Below, one piece after another: positions 1 to 13,869 of a stretch of DNA of 64,000 nt; positions within the stretch are counted from its first letter, which is position 1; each line of letters starts with the position of its first letter. The DNA lies in the NCBI GenBank assembly GCA_964016885.1, contig OZ024740.1, positions 416,640,001-416,704,000 of the forward strand, in the 5' to 3' direction. The stretch comes from Eledone cirrhosa. Its lineage: Eukaryota. The notes under the pieces were generated by a model. It was not told the DNA's origin. It saw only the letters and a list, made by a program, of their open reading frames with translations, and searched no databases. Both the position numbers and the translations under genes were made by a program.

Positions 1-953
1 CTCTCTTTAAAAGGTTACTGCCTCCGTCTCCATTACAGTTTTACAGTTTAGAACAACGACAAATCTTCTCTCTATATAATAGATCATTCCCCCTCTTCGT
101 TTGTCATACATCAAATATCAAAATTTAAAAAGCCGATAACACTAAATACATACTGCTCTCTCAACGTTACATTTTACATCAAATAGCAAATATTCAAAAG
201 CAACAGATGAATTTATAAAACAACAAACGTAACAATAACGACGCTTAAGCGTTCATTTACTTGAATCTCAACAAAGACATTATATTTTATTGTTGTCCTT
301 TTTGTAATTTTCTTTCTTTGTTTTTCTCAATATGAGACAAAAAATTAATGAGAAAACTTTTTTCACGAACGTCCGATTTCGATGATTTATTTTCCAGTGT
401 GCTCCAAAATAACGCCCTGTTTACGGTCTTTTGTGCTATAACTCAGACAGGCTTGGCTTACAGGTTTGACCTATTATTTGATGTGCATTCTTCATAGATC
501 TTACTTAGTACTCACTTTCCACTTACTCACCGTTCAATTGAAAGTGTTGGCTACTCCCCCTGTCATGCTCCATTACCTGCATAAATATTTACGTGTTCGG
601 TCCTGCTACAACATAGTACTCACTTGAAACTAATTCAAAGTTCATTTGAAAATTTTCGCTACCAAACACATTCTTTGAATCAACGGTCATGCCACCCAAA
701 AAAGACCACGACTTAGTCGCCAAACTAAAGCTGCTTCTGCTGTAAACGAAGAAGAGCTATAGAGTTGTCCGCAGAAAAATTGACTCGGTTGTCACAAGAT
801 TCAACTCGAAATGCAATTACCCGGGCAACCGAGACAGAAAAAAAGAGGAGCATCCGCCATTCCGGAAATGCATTTGTAACTGCAGTTGCACGTGCAGCGC
901 AAACTGATGAACAATATTCTCGACGATGAAGCAAAAATGATGCCTCCACCGCT

Positions 954-1670
954 GTGGCACGTGACGGTGAGGACGAAGAACACCGTTACAGACGAAGACG
1001 AAGAGATGCCGCCTCAACTGCTGCGTCACGTGCTGCCGAGGACGAAGGGCAGCGTTCCAGATGTCAACGTACGGACGCCGCTTCAACAGCTTCCGTTCGC
1101 GCATCAGAGACTGCGCAAATTCAATTACAAAGGCTAAACGCCAACGCACTCCGCAGGAGTGCTAAACAAGGTACACAGAGGATCAGTTGCACTCAGTGGT
1201 CTCATAAGGCTTTCCACTATGACCCAACAGTAAACTATGCACTGATGCCAGAAGTTCAGATTGGATCCATATCTGTCATTTGCCATTATTGTCGGGCAAA
1301 AAAATGGCCTGGGGAAACTTCAAGGATGTGCTGCTCTGATGGCAAAGTGAGACTGCCTCTTCTACAGGAACCACCACAACCTTTGAAGTCTCTACTGACC
1401 GGTGCCACAGCGGAGTCGGAACACTTCCTTCGATGTTCCAGGAGATACAACGCTGCCTTCCAAATGACCTCTTTCGGAGCTAACATAGGTGTCGACGGAT
1501 ACCACTTTGGAATTCCTTTATGCAACAGCAACAAAACTGTTTCCTCTAGGCAATTCTACACCTACCGATTCATGGTCCGCGAATGCTGCTTTAACCAACT
1601 CCACCGTGCAAGAGTACTCTTCAACCAGCTTGCTGTAGACGCGTGCGCAAAGATGGAATCTGAAACATAA
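954..1670 (+). pseudogene. Helitron Rep N-terminal fragment (Zn-finger region)
   Basis: 238-aa ORF with C..C...KW.GE...CC..GKV.LP and YN.AFQMTSFG. Apparent internal deletion near 1490 and a premature stop. Confidence 0.85.
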
Positions 1671-1984
1671 GGAACAATCAAGCGAGCCTTCGTTCGGACA
1701 GCTACATTCACTTACGGGATGGAGTAAGGAATGAGGTCGATCACGAGAACCTAGGAAAACAGTGTATGCTTCCGTCGACCTTCATTGGGAGTCCCCGATA
1801 CATGAGTGAACGCACACAGGATGCTATGACGTACGTGCGTCTCTACGGCAGACCAGATCTCTTCATAACTTCAACATGCAACCCTAAGTGGAGTGAAATT
1901 ACCGCGGAATTATTCCCCGGACAAAGGGCGTCAGACACTTGAAGTTGACAAAACTTATTGAACTCCTAAAATCAGGTAAGGCCT

Positions 1985-2528
1985 TTGGACCTGTTAGGTG
2001 CTACGTATACACCGTTTGAGTGGCAAAAGAGAAGCCTGCCACACGCTCACCTACTCATTTGGCTGATAACGAAAATCAACGCAAGCAGCATTGACAGCAT
2101 CATTTCAGCAGAAATACCCGACCCAAAATTGGACAGAGAACTCCACAACATCGTCACTGCTCACATGGTTCATGGGCCATGCGGAAACGGTTTCAACATG
2201 AATTCGCCATGCATTAAAGAAAGAAGGTGCACCAAGAGGTATCCTAGGCCATTCCTCCGAGAAACTCGGACAGGTGGCGACGGTTATCCATTATACCGCC
2301 GCAGGGAGCCAGCGGAAGGAGGAATTGTTGCGAAAACACCACATCACAACGTCGACAACCGGTGGATTGTACCCTACTGCTCACTTCTGCTTAAATTGTT
2401 TAACGCCCACATTAACGTTGAATACTGCCACTCCGTCAAATTGATAAAGTACGTCTGCAAGTATATCAATAAGGGGTCCGATACTGCGTCCGTTGGTCTT
2501 ACAATGGAGAACAACCGAGACGAAGTAA
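1985..2528 (+). pseudogene. Helitron HUH rolling-circle Rep catalytic region
   Basis: EWQKRSLPHAH (HUH) and YVCKYINKG (YxxKYxxK). Homology ends at NRDEV (2528). Confidence 0.9.
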
Positions 2529-2700
2529 ACAGAAATAACAACACAATTGGTACAGTATATGGAAGAAATATATTAGTTTAACGCTTGAAATAGCAGGAAG
2601 AGGGTCTTAACGTTTCGGACGCTAGTCCTTCACCAGAAGAAAGAATGAGATATAAGATAGATTGAAGGGACGGGCAGGATGGAATTGGAATGTACTAGGG
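2529..2700 (-). mobile_element. Penelope-like pseudo-LTR fragment with minimal hammerhead
   Basis: Homologous to 17959-18130. Minus strand reads TCTT CTGGTGA A GGAC tagc GTCC GAAACGTT AAGA at 2605-2640. Confidence 0.6.
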
Positions 2701-2897
2701 TGGGAGTGAAAAATAGATGCGTGAGAAGAAGATGTAAGAAGATTATAGTCGAGGAAAAGTTAGAGTTGTGGTATATTTAAATGCAGGAAACAAAGAAAAT
2801 TTCAGTGATACAAAAAGATTTCCTGGTGGAAGTTCAGGTAAATTCCGGGTTTATATCCAGTTTCAGGGTGAAAATCCAATTTGAAAATCCTGCGACA

Positions 2898-3052
2898 AAT
2901 TGGCAGAGTCGTTAAGACGTCAGATAGAATGCTTTATAGTATTCGTCCCACCTCATTGCACGCTGTGAGTTCAAATCCCGCTGTCGTCAACTTTGTGTTT
3001 CATCCTTTTGAGGTCGATAAAAACCGTACCATTCCAGTACTGGGGTCGATTC
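2898..3052 (+). mobile_element. tRNA-derived SINE (diverged)
   Basis: A-box-like TGGCAGAGTCG, B-box GAGTTCAAATCCC, central GTCAACTTTG..TTTCATCCTT..GAGGTCGATAAAA..GTACCA shared with the other copies in the window. Confidence 0.8.
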
Positions 3053-3183
3053 TTCCTCTATAGAAAAAATCAGCTGTGTTCAGACCTGGAGAGGGTTGGG
3101 CTCTGCCAAGTTTAAAAGTGCCCTAGACACGCCGTATGTTGATGCCTCTATGATTTCACAAGGAGTTATGGGATCTTTATCCT

Positions 3184-3234
<51 letters not shown>

Positions 3235-3237
<3 letters not shown>

Positions 3238-3441
3238 AGAGAGAGAGGTAGAACACCGGAAGGTAATATCCGTAGTGGTAGAACACTCAGTCCATGGGAC
3301 GAGTTAGGTAGAAGTGGTAACACAACAGTTAGTTCACCACACCGAGAACAATTGTTTCACCTTAGTGGACCAGTCCGAGCTGAAGATCCGCTAAGGTTAA
3401 ACAATTGATCTCGGTATGGTGAGCTAACTGTTGTGTTAACA

Positions 3442-3444
<3 letters not shown>
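3235..3444. mobile_element. Miniature inverted PLE pLTR hairpin inserted in (TA)n
   Basis: 58-bp inverted arms 3312-3369 and 3387-3444 (6 mismatches). Hammerhead CCGAG CTGAAGA TCC..GG (G/T)AAAC AATTG.T CTCGG at 3375-3414. (TA)n on both sides. Confidence 0.7.
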
Positions 3445-3474
<30 letters not shown>

Positions 3475-3483
<9 letters not shown>

Positions 3484-4504
3484 TAAACAAATAATGAACA
3501 AACAATTCCTTATATTAAACAAAAAAAGTTCACTATTTAACGATCGTTTCTAGGGTATATATGTGTTATAATTGGTATGCATATTTAACAGATCTATGTA
3601 CAAAATTATACAAAATTATACAAATTATCAAGATTAAATATACATACCTAACTCATATATACGCCGTCTTCAGAAATAATGAAGTATATTTATTGATAAT
3701 AACAACAATTCAAAATATCAGTTCAAAATTGACCAATGAAAACACAAAGGGTTAAAAGCAGTTTGGTGTGTGTATATACATGTAAAAACCTTACACATAT
3801 TTTACAATAATGTGTGTATAATTTGTATGTGCATACTAAAAAGATGGATGCAAACACAAAATTTCAAGGTTAATATCTCTGTAAGCTTAATGCGCTGATA
3901 AGATACGCAATGATACTTATGGAGTCAAGCATATAAATATATTTTTTTCATACTCACACATATCAGTATAATCACACATACATGTGCGTATATGCATAAA
4001 TATACACATAACCACGAACATACAAACACACACACTCCCCCACTCACATTTATATATGTGGATATAAAATCATAAGCAAATAGAAATTAAGTCACTCACA
4101 TAAAACACTGGCACACACATTTCAAGATCAAGATACAGAAATTAGGTGGGAGGGGGGGGGAGGGGTCAGTATTAGATTGTCAGACCAGACTGCCTAATAT
4201 AAATGTATCTATAAATTAAGAAAAATAAAAAAATAAAAACAATAAAATATAATAAATATAATATAATGTACATACACATACAGATATACATACACATACA
4301 TACATGTACGCGCACATAGAGATATTTACACATACATACATACACACATACCTATACAGTCATACACACACATACATTTACACGAACATACACATACACA
4401 TATAAAAAGATATAAATACACACACACACACGCGCAACACATACACACATACACATATATATAAAAAATAGATAATAAAGATATATATCCATATATATAT
4501 ATAT

Positions 4505-4559
<55 letters not shown>

Positions 4560-4648
4560 CATACACATACATACTCATACATCTAAATATACATACACAT
4601 ACATACACACATACATGTATATACATGTACATACATATACGCACATCG

Positions 4649-4706
<58 letters not shown>

Positions 4707-5048
4707 TCACATAGACATAAAGATACATACACACACAACTTACATACACACGCATATACATATATATATATATATATAGATGTACCTTCATACATAGAAT
4801 TAGATATATAATCATACATACATATGTACCAACTTATACTCATATAAATAAATACATACGCTTCCATATATGTGTATACACATAAAAAACAATACCACCT
4901 CACCAAACCCAGACATACAAATGAAAATAATAATAAAAAAACGCATATGTATATACATACACACACGCATTAATAGAGATATATATATATATACACACAT
5001 ACATACACACGCATATATATACATACACACACACATACATACACATAC

Positions 5049-5105
<57 letters not shown>

Positions 5106-5435
5106 TAGACTCATATATATATATATACATATACATATATATATATAAACATATATATCCACACACTCATACCACCATAAATACACATACAAACACCCAC
5201 ATGTATATATATATATATATATATATCCACATACACACACGTACACATATATATATATATATATATACACATACATATATATATATACACACACATAAAA
5301 AACAGACATGCACATATATATATATATATATATATTTCATTACTCTTATATATACACATAGTATATATACATACACAACCTCACTTATACACATATACAC
5401 ATAAGTTATATTACAATAATAATAAAGAATAATAT

Positions 5436-5468
<33 letters not shown>

Positions 5469-5578
5469 CATATATATATATATATACATACATACATACA
5501 CATACATACATACACATAAATATATACATACATAAATACACACATACGAATAAAGACATATATTCACACATAGACACC

Positions 5579-5610
<32 letters not shown>

Positions 5611-5612
5611 TC

Positions 5613-5660
<48 letters not shown>

Positions 5661-7541
5661 CACACACACACACACACACAGACACACATACACACTCACA
5701 TATATATATATATATATGTGTATGTGAGTGTGCGCAAATACACATATATATACACACACACATACAAACACACACAAACACATACATATGCATACGTGCA
5801 CACACACACACATATATCACATAGATACGAAGATAAACATATAAATAGAGAGACATACAAATATATACAGAACCCATATACACATACATACAAACACGCA
5901 TATACATATACATACATATATACACATATATATATTCCTATATACAAGCATACACATACATACACATATATACATATACATACACATATACATACCACAC
6001 ATTCACATACACATACATATATAATACATATATATACATATATATACATACATATGTATGTACAATCATATATACACACTCAATCTTACATTCATATTTA
6101 CATGCTCATATATGTATTTTTATATTTAGAAATAAATACCAAAACCTATATAGACACCCACCTACACATATATTCATACATATACGCTTACAAAAACAGA
6201 TGATAATAGTATGGGGGAAAGGGGGGGTTTGGAGAAGGGGATCAAAGTAAATATATGTTTCAAGAAACATATAATATTTTCCGTATCTTAATTCAATGTA
6301 TGTTCTTACATATTTTCAGTGCTAGGAAATACGAAATCTATGCATCTCAAAATAAAAAAGTATACCATTAATCATATGTTAACTAAACCAAAGATAGTCA
6401 ACATATTGATTTCCAAGGTGTAAATTAGTTAGGTTTATAATATTTGAAGCAGAATTATGAAGTCAAACAGTAGTAGATTATTAATTACATTATAACTAAA
6501 TTAAAGTTAATAACGTTATGGTATCAATATTAGGAGATGAATTTAGTAATAGGGAAAAGAAACCCAAATAAAAATAAAATAAAGTATTACATCGGTAGTA
6601 GCATATAAATTATATGTTAACTAAATTAAAAATTATATATTTATTTCAATAGTATACGTTAATTAGTATATGTTAATTAGGTATACAATACATAAAGCAG
6701 ATATTGTATTTCATCAATAGCATAATATAATTATATGCAAATAAAAATCAAAATTAATACGCATACATATACATATACATACACATACACATATATATAC
6801 ATATACACACATATATATATATATATACATATATATACACATATATACATATATACTCACATAAACATACATACAGATACACATACACAACACACACATA
6901 TACATATACATATAGATATACATATCTTTTTCAAAAAATTGCACAGAATATATTAACTAGGTATATATCCAAAACACATCCCATTCTATGATTACATGAC
7001 ATTCTGCAATTCGTCTGTACAAGGATACTAATTTTAAGCAAATTAAAATTAAAGTTTTAGGTTGATTAAAACTAAAACCAAATAATAAATATATTTCCAA
7101 AATGTATATTAATTAGGTCTATAATACTAAAAATTCTTTCTCCGTCATTGGATACATGATATTATTTTGTTATATTTTATCTGTAAAAGAATTATAATAA
7201 AAAAAATTTATAATAAAAGGTTAAAATAAATTAAAATTAATCTATAAATTAAATTACTGAGTATATATTAGTAATATTTAAAGGTTTTTCAAAATTTATG
7301 ATTACATAATATTTTCTCATCTGTAATAAAATATTAATTAAATTAAATTTATAGGTTAACTAACATTTAAATTAAATTAAATTCTAGAATAATGTTATTA
7401 ATTAGGTTTATAATATTTAAATGTTTTTTTTTAGTTTATGATTACACGATATAATTAATTCCTGTCTTTTATTTAATAAGATATCCCTAGACTTCATTAT
7501 TTCAAATAGTTCTTGGGAACATAATCTACATTCCTTTCTAT
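3475..7541. repeat. Left arm of 4.07-kb inverted repeat (rich in TA/CA/TACA microsatellite)
   Basis: Mirror ORF pairs sum to 16028 (for example 3561/12467 and 6714/9314). Arms differ only by a few substitutions and run-length changes. Confidence 0.97.
3529..3683 (-). ncRNA. Mirror copy of the long-loop hammerhead motif
   Basis: Reverse complement of 12345-12499. Confidence 0.75.
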
Positions 7542-8487
7542 TATTTTGATAAGGGGTGGCTCTTTTGAGCACACTCCAGGTCAAATCATATTTTATATTT
7601 TTATTTTTATAACTATTGATTTTTTCTGCTAGAGATGTTGTATTAGCCAGTGCGGCATTTTTAAAGCTATGTTTGTGGGTATTATACCTTGTCTTAAAAT
7701 TGTTAGAGGTAGCTCCTATATATGAGCAAATAGAATCTTTAGTTTTAACATTACATTTATAGACTATGTTGTTAACAAGACAATTCCCTTTTAATGGGCA
7801 GTTTGTTTTGTTTCTACAGTTACATCCTTTCGTTAATTCTGTATTTGAGGAGATATTATTGTTAATTTGATGTACTGGTGGTATACTTATGGTTTTCTTA
7901 CATTTATATGCATTATATGCACTTATATTTTGTTTTATGTTATTTGTTGTAGAGTATGAGAATTTAACTGTAGACCTATTTAAGATTTGATGGTATTTGT
8001 GGTTTGGCGGGAAGTTTTTCTCAAGGATATAAAAAAATTTTTTAGCAATATTATCCTTAACTTGTAAATTAAAAGGAGCATTATACCAAGTAACTCGTCT
8101 ATTACGGTTTCTATGTTGTTTATTATTTTTATTATTTTTATATGTTGTATCATGATTTTTACTAGGAGGATTAATGTTAATGATCTCACCACAACTATTT
8201 TTAGTTATATTTGTAGATTTAGGTGTTTTATCTTTTTTATTAGGAGTTTTATTATTAATATTTATTATAGTTGTATGATGAGTAGTTTTTTGAGGGTTAC
8301 TATACTTTATATTAGAAGATTTAGTATTTTGGGGTATACTGTGGGTGGCATTTAGGTGTGTACTTTTCATTTGGTGTTTGTTGGTAATATTATGCTGTAT
8401 GCTTTCAGTATTTTTAGTAGAAGGTATATACTCTAATCTATTTTTGTGGCCACTTCTATCTAGAGCTTCATTATAAAAGGTCGCATT
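7417..8487 (-). CDS. PLE RT-thumb/linker plus GIY-YIG endonuclease (5'-truncated ORF)
   Basis: Frame is open from 8487 (NATFYNEALDRSGH). Motifs: RRVTWYNAPFN, KFSYST..NIK, CNCRNKTNCPLKGNC, IVYKC..YIGATSNNFKTRYNTHKHSF, CRLCSQE, LLNKRQEL..SCNH. This pattern is typical of Naiad/Chlamys-clade PLEs. Confidence 0.88.
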   Translation of the reverse strand, partial: NATFYNEALDRSGHKNRLEYIPSTKNTESIQHNITNKHQMKSTHLNATHSIPQNTKSSNIKYSNPQKTTHHTTIININNKTPNKKDKTPKSTNITKNSCGEIININPPSKNHDTTYKNNKNNKQHRNRNRRVTWYNAPFNLQVKDNIAKKFFYILEKNFPPNHKYHQILNRSTVKFSYSTTNNIKQNISAYNAYKCKKTISIPPVHQINNNISSNTELTKGCNCRNKTNCPLKGNCLVNNIVYKCNVKTKDSICSYIGATSNNFKTRYNTHKHSFKNAALANTTSLAEKINSYKNKNIKYDLTWSVLKRATPYQNNRKECRLCSQELFEIMKSRDILLNKRQELIISCNHKLKKNI

Positions 8488-10367
8488 ATAGAAAGGAATG
8501 TAGATTATGTTCCCAAGAACTATTTGAAATAATGAAGTCTAGGGATATCTTATTAAATAAAAGACAGGAATTAATTATATCGTGTAATCATAAACTAAAA
8601 AAAACATTTAAATATTATAAACCTAATTAATAACATTATTCTAGAATTTAATTTAATTTAAATGTTAGTTAACCTATAAATTTAATTTAATTAATATTTT
8701 ATTACAGATGAGAAAATATTATGTAATCATAAATTTTGAAAAACCTTTAAATATTACTAATATATACTCAGTAATTTAATTTATAGATTAATTTTAATTT
8801 ATTTTAACCTTTTATTATAAATTTTTTTTATTATAATTCTTTTACAGATAAAATATAACAAAATAATATCATGTATCCAATGACGGAGAAAGAATTTTTA
8901 GTATTATAGACCTAATTAATATACATTTTGGAAATATATTTATTATTTGGTTTTAGTTTTAATCAACCTAAAACTTTAATTTTAATTTGCTTAAAATTAG
9001 TATCCTTGTACAGACGAATTGCAGAATGTCATGTAATCATAGAATGGGATGTGTTTTGGATATATACCTAGTTAATATATTCTGTGCAATTTTTTGAAAA
9101 AGATATGTATATCTATATGTATATGTATATGTGTGTGTTGTGTATGTGTATCTGTATGTATGTTTATGTGAGTATATATGTATATATGTGTATATATATG
9201 TATATATATATATATATGTGTGTATATGTATATATATGTGTATGTGTATGTATATGTATATGTATGCGTATTAATTTTGATTTTTATTTGCATATAATTA
9301 TATTATGCTATTGATGAAATACAATATCTGCTTTATGTATTGTATACCTAATTAACATATACTAATTAACGTATACTATTGAAATAAATATATAATTTTT
9401 AATTTAGTTAACATATAATTTATATGCTACTACCGATGTAATACTTTATTTTATTTTTATTTGGGTTTCTTTTCCCTATTACTAAATTCATCTCCTAATA
9501 TTGATACCATAACGTTATTAACTTTAATTTAGTTATAATGTAATTAATAATCTACTACTGTTTGACTTCATAATTCTGCTTCAAATATTATAAACCTAAC
9601 TAATTTACACCTTGGAAATCAATATGTTGACTATCTTTGGTTTAGTTAACATATGATTAATGGTATACTTTTTTATTTTGAGATGCATAGATTTCGTATT
9701 TCCTAGCACTGAAAATATGTAAGAACATACATTGAATTAAGATACGGAAAATATTATATGTTTCTTGAAACATATATTTACTTTGATCCCCTTCTCCAAA
9801 CCCCCCCTTTCCCCCATACTATTATCATCTGTTTTTGTAAGCGTATATGTATGAATATATGTGTAGGTGGGTGTCTATATAGGTTTTGGTATTTATTTCT
9901 AAATATAAAAATACATATATGAGCATGTAAATATGAATGTAAGATTGAGTGTGTATATATGATTGTACATACATATGTATGTATATATATGTATATATAT
10001 GTATTATATATGTATGTGTATGTGAATGTGTGGTATGTATATGTGTATGTATATGTATATATGTGTATGTATGTGTATGCTTGTATATAGGAATATATAT
10101 ATGTGTATATATGTATGTATATGTATATGCGTGTTTGTATGTATGTGTATATGGGTTCTGTATATATTTGTATGTCTCTCTATTTATATGTTTATCTTCG
10201 TATCTATGTGATATATGTGTGTGTGTGTGCACGTATGCATATGTATGTGTTTGTGTGTGTTTGTATGTGTGTGTGTATATATATATGTATTTGCGCACAC
10301 TCACATACACATATATATATATATATATGTGAGTGTGTATGTGTGTCTGTGTGTGTGTGTGTGTGTG

Positions 10368-10415
<48 letters not shown>

Positions 10416-10417
10416 GA

Positions 10418-10449
<32 letters not shown>

Positions 10450-10559
10450 GGTGTCTATGTGTGAATATATGTCTTTATTCGTATGTGTGTATTTATGTAT
10501 GTATATATTTATGTGTATGTATGTATGTGTATGTATGTATGTATATATATATATATATG

Positions 10560-10592
<33 letters not shown>

Positions 10593-10922
10593 ATATTATT
10601 CTTTATTATTATTGTAATATAACTTATGTGTATATGTGTATAAGTGAGGTTGTGTATGTATATATACTATGTGTATATATAAGAGTAATGAAATATATAT
10701 ATATATATATATATGTGCATGTCTGTTTTTTATGTGTGTGTATATATATATATGTATGTGTATATATATATATATATATATGTGTACGTGTGTGTATGTG
10801 GATATATATATATATATATATATACATGTGGGTGTTTGTATGTGTATTTATGGTGGTATGAGTGTGTGGATATATATGTTTATATATATATATGTATATG
10901 TATATATATATATATGAGTCTA

Positions 10923-10979
<57 letters not shown>

Positions 10980-11321
10980 GTATGTGTATGTATGTGTGTG
11001 TGTATGTATATATATGCGTGTGTATGTATGTGTGTATATATATATATATCTCTATTAATGCGTGTGTGTATGTATATACATATGCGTTTTTTTATTATTA
11101 TTTTCATTTGTATGTCTGGGTTTGGTGAGGTGGTATTGTTTTTTATGTGTATACACATATATGGAAGCGTATGTATTTATTTATATGAGTATAAGTTGGT
11201 ACATATGTATGTATGATTATATATCTAATTCTATGTATGAAGGTACATCTATATATATATATATATATGTATATGCGTGTGTATGTAAGTTGTGTGTGTA
11301 TGTATCTCTATGTCTATGTGA

Positions 11322-11377
<56 letters not shown>

Positions 11378-11466
11378 CGATGTGCGTATATGTATGTACA
11401 TGTATATACATGTATGTGTGTATGTATGTGTATGTATATTTAGATGTATGAGTATGTATGTGTATG

Positions 11467-11523
<57 letters not shown>

Positions 11524-12553
11524 ATATATATATATATGGATATATATCTTTATTATCTATTTTTTATATATATGTGTATGTGTGTATGTGTTGCGCGTGT
11601 GTGTGTGTGTATTTATATCTTTTTATATGTGTATGTGTATGTTCGTGTAAATGTATGTGTGTGTATGACTGTATAGGTATGTGTGTATGTATGTATGTGT
11701 AAATATCTCTATGTGCGCGTACATGTATGTATGTGTATGTATATCTGTATGTGTATGTACATTATATTATATTTATTATATTTTATTGTTTTTATTTTTT
11801 TATTTTTCTTAATTTATAGATACATTTATATTAGGCAGTCTGGTCTGACAATCTAATACTGACCCCTCCCCCCCCCTCCCACCTAATTTCTGTATCTTGA
11901 TCTTGAAATGTGTGTGCCAGTGTTTTATGTGAGTGACTTAATTTCTATTTGCTTATGATTTTATATCCACATATATAAATGTGAGTGGGGGAGTGTGTGT
12001 GTTTGTATGTTCGTGGTTATGTGTATATTTATGCATATACGCACATGTATGTGTGATTATACTGATATGTGTGAGTATGAAAAAAATATATTTATATGCT
12101 TGACTCCATAAGTATCATTGCGTATCTTATCAGCGCATTAAGCTTACAGAGATATTAACCTTGAAATTTTGTGTTTGCATCCATCTTTTTAGTATGCACA
12201 TACAAATTATACACACATTATTGTAAAATATGTGTAAGGTTTTTACATGTATATACACACACCAAACTGCTTTTAACCCTTTGTGTTTTCATTGGTCAAT
12301 TTTGAACTGATATTTTGAATTGTTGTTATTATCAATAAATATACTTCATTATTTCTGAAGACGGCGTATATATGAGTTAGGTATGTATATTTAATCTTGA
12401 TAATTTGTATAATTTTGTATAATTTTGTACATAGATCTGTTAAATATGCATACCAATTATAACACATATATACCCTAGAAACGATCGTTAAATAGTGAAC
12501 TTTTTTTGTTTAATATAAGGAATTGTTTGTTCATTATTTGTTTAATATTTTAT
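8488..12553. repeat. Right arm of 4.07-kb inverted repeat
   Basis: Reverse complement of 3475-7541. Spacer is 7542-8487. Confidence 0.97.
12345..12499 (+). ncRNA. Type I hammerhead ribozyme motif with long loop II
   Basis: Stem I TTCATTATTT/AAATAGTGAA (10 bp, one GU). Core CTGAAGA. Stem II GGCGTATATATG/CATATATACCC with ~90-nt loop. GAAAC-GATC-GTT palindromic stem III. Confidence 0.75.
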
Positions 12554-12684
12554 CTTGACTCTGTATACCGTTTATCTTTCACCGAAAGTGGATTTTCATT
12601 ACATCTCTTCTTTCCATGATATCCGGAATACATTGAGTTCTTCATACGGATTGGACACTACCGTAAACTCTTGGTAGATTTATC

Positions 12685-12969
<285 letters not shown>

Positions 12970-13169
12970 GGAAACCAAAAATCTGATGAGTTATTGTTTG
13001 CAGAGTCAAGCCTAAATGATACAGATCGCACATTGAGCTAATCAATTGCGAAACATGTGTCACACCTGAATAAACATAATGATGATACTTTGACACCTCG
13101 TTCCTACTTGGCAGTATTGGTAGATCATTGCACAATATGCTTTGGGACATAGATTTACAGATTTACGGC

Positions 13170-13326
13170 CCTTTATGTTCTGAATTTAAATCCCGCTGAG
13201 GTTAGCTTTGCTTTTCATCCTTACAGGGTCGATAAAATAAAGTGCCAGTAATGCACTGGGGTTGACTTAATCGACTTTCCCCTAACCCAAAATTGCTGGT
13301 CTTGTGGCTAAATCAGAAACCATTAT
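13170..13326 (+). mobile_element. tRNA-derived SINE (5'-degenerate)
   Basis: GAATTTAAATCCCGC B-box remnant, TTTCATCCTTACAGGGTCGATAAAATAAAGTGCCAG, tail CTTGTGGCTAAATCAGAAACCATTAT. Confidence 0.8.
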
Positions 13327-13392
13327 GATACATATATATATATATATATTAATTCAAAATATTAACAAAATAGATATTCTTGTGATCAAGTA

Positions 13393-13459
13393 TATTTTAT
13401 TAGATATATTTCAGAGGTACTGAGTTAATTTCAACAGTACGTCCTCATCAGATAAAATA
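13393..13459 (-). ncRNA. Hammerhead motif of a PLE pLTR fragment
   Basis: Minus strand: TATTTTAT CTGATGA GGAC GTACTG..CAGTAC CTCT GAAA TATAT CTA ATAAAATA. Confidence 0.6.
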
Positions 13460-13869
13460 AGATGATGCATGACATACCCTGACATAGTAGATGGTTAAGA
13501 TTCAGTCATGGTATGAGTAATATATGACAAAACTCAATATTTATACCCTAATATTGAGAACATGAGAAACACATATAATACATACAATAGAGAGGGTGCG
13601 TGTAATACAGCTTAAAAAATACATGGCATCAATATAACAGTTAAAAAAATGTTTTTAAACTACTGAAGAAAGAGGAAAGAAAGGAAAGCATAGAGAAAGA
13701 AACAGCAGATGGGATAATATAGTTAGTAGGTGCCTCGAAAAAAAAACAAATGAGAGATGATTAAAGAGAGAGAGAGACAAAGGGGAATAATTTATGTTCA
13801 AGTTTATAGACAATTATCCATATATGTAATATATATCTAAAACTTATTTGGTTGACCGTTAATATTCAA

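Larger units (their letters stand above)
64..2528 (+). mobile_element. Helitron, 5' half (TC terminus plus degenerate Rep domain)
   Basis: A|TCTTCTCTCTATATAAT-like 5' end at about 64. Frameshifted ORF from ATG ~689. Helitron motifs: CHYCRAKKWPGET..CC..GKVRLP, YNAAFQMTSFG, HUH motif EWQKRSLPHAH, MVHGPCG, DNRWIVPY, YVCKYINKG. Confidence 0.93.

Noticed and set aside
7417-8487. Selenoprotein-type Naiad (in-frame UGA plus SECIS)
   Set aside because: No in-frame TGA in the retained ORF and no SECIS that I could identify.
4326-11702. Dozens of YI/CV/HT-rich ORFs
   Set aside because: Translations of TA/CA/TG microsatellite, not genes.
3475-12553. DNA transposon (Foldback, Polinton, Mutator) with giant TIRs
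   Set aside because: One arm includes the end of the PLE ORF, the ends are asymmetric, and there is no transposase or TSD. PLE 5' inversion explains it better.
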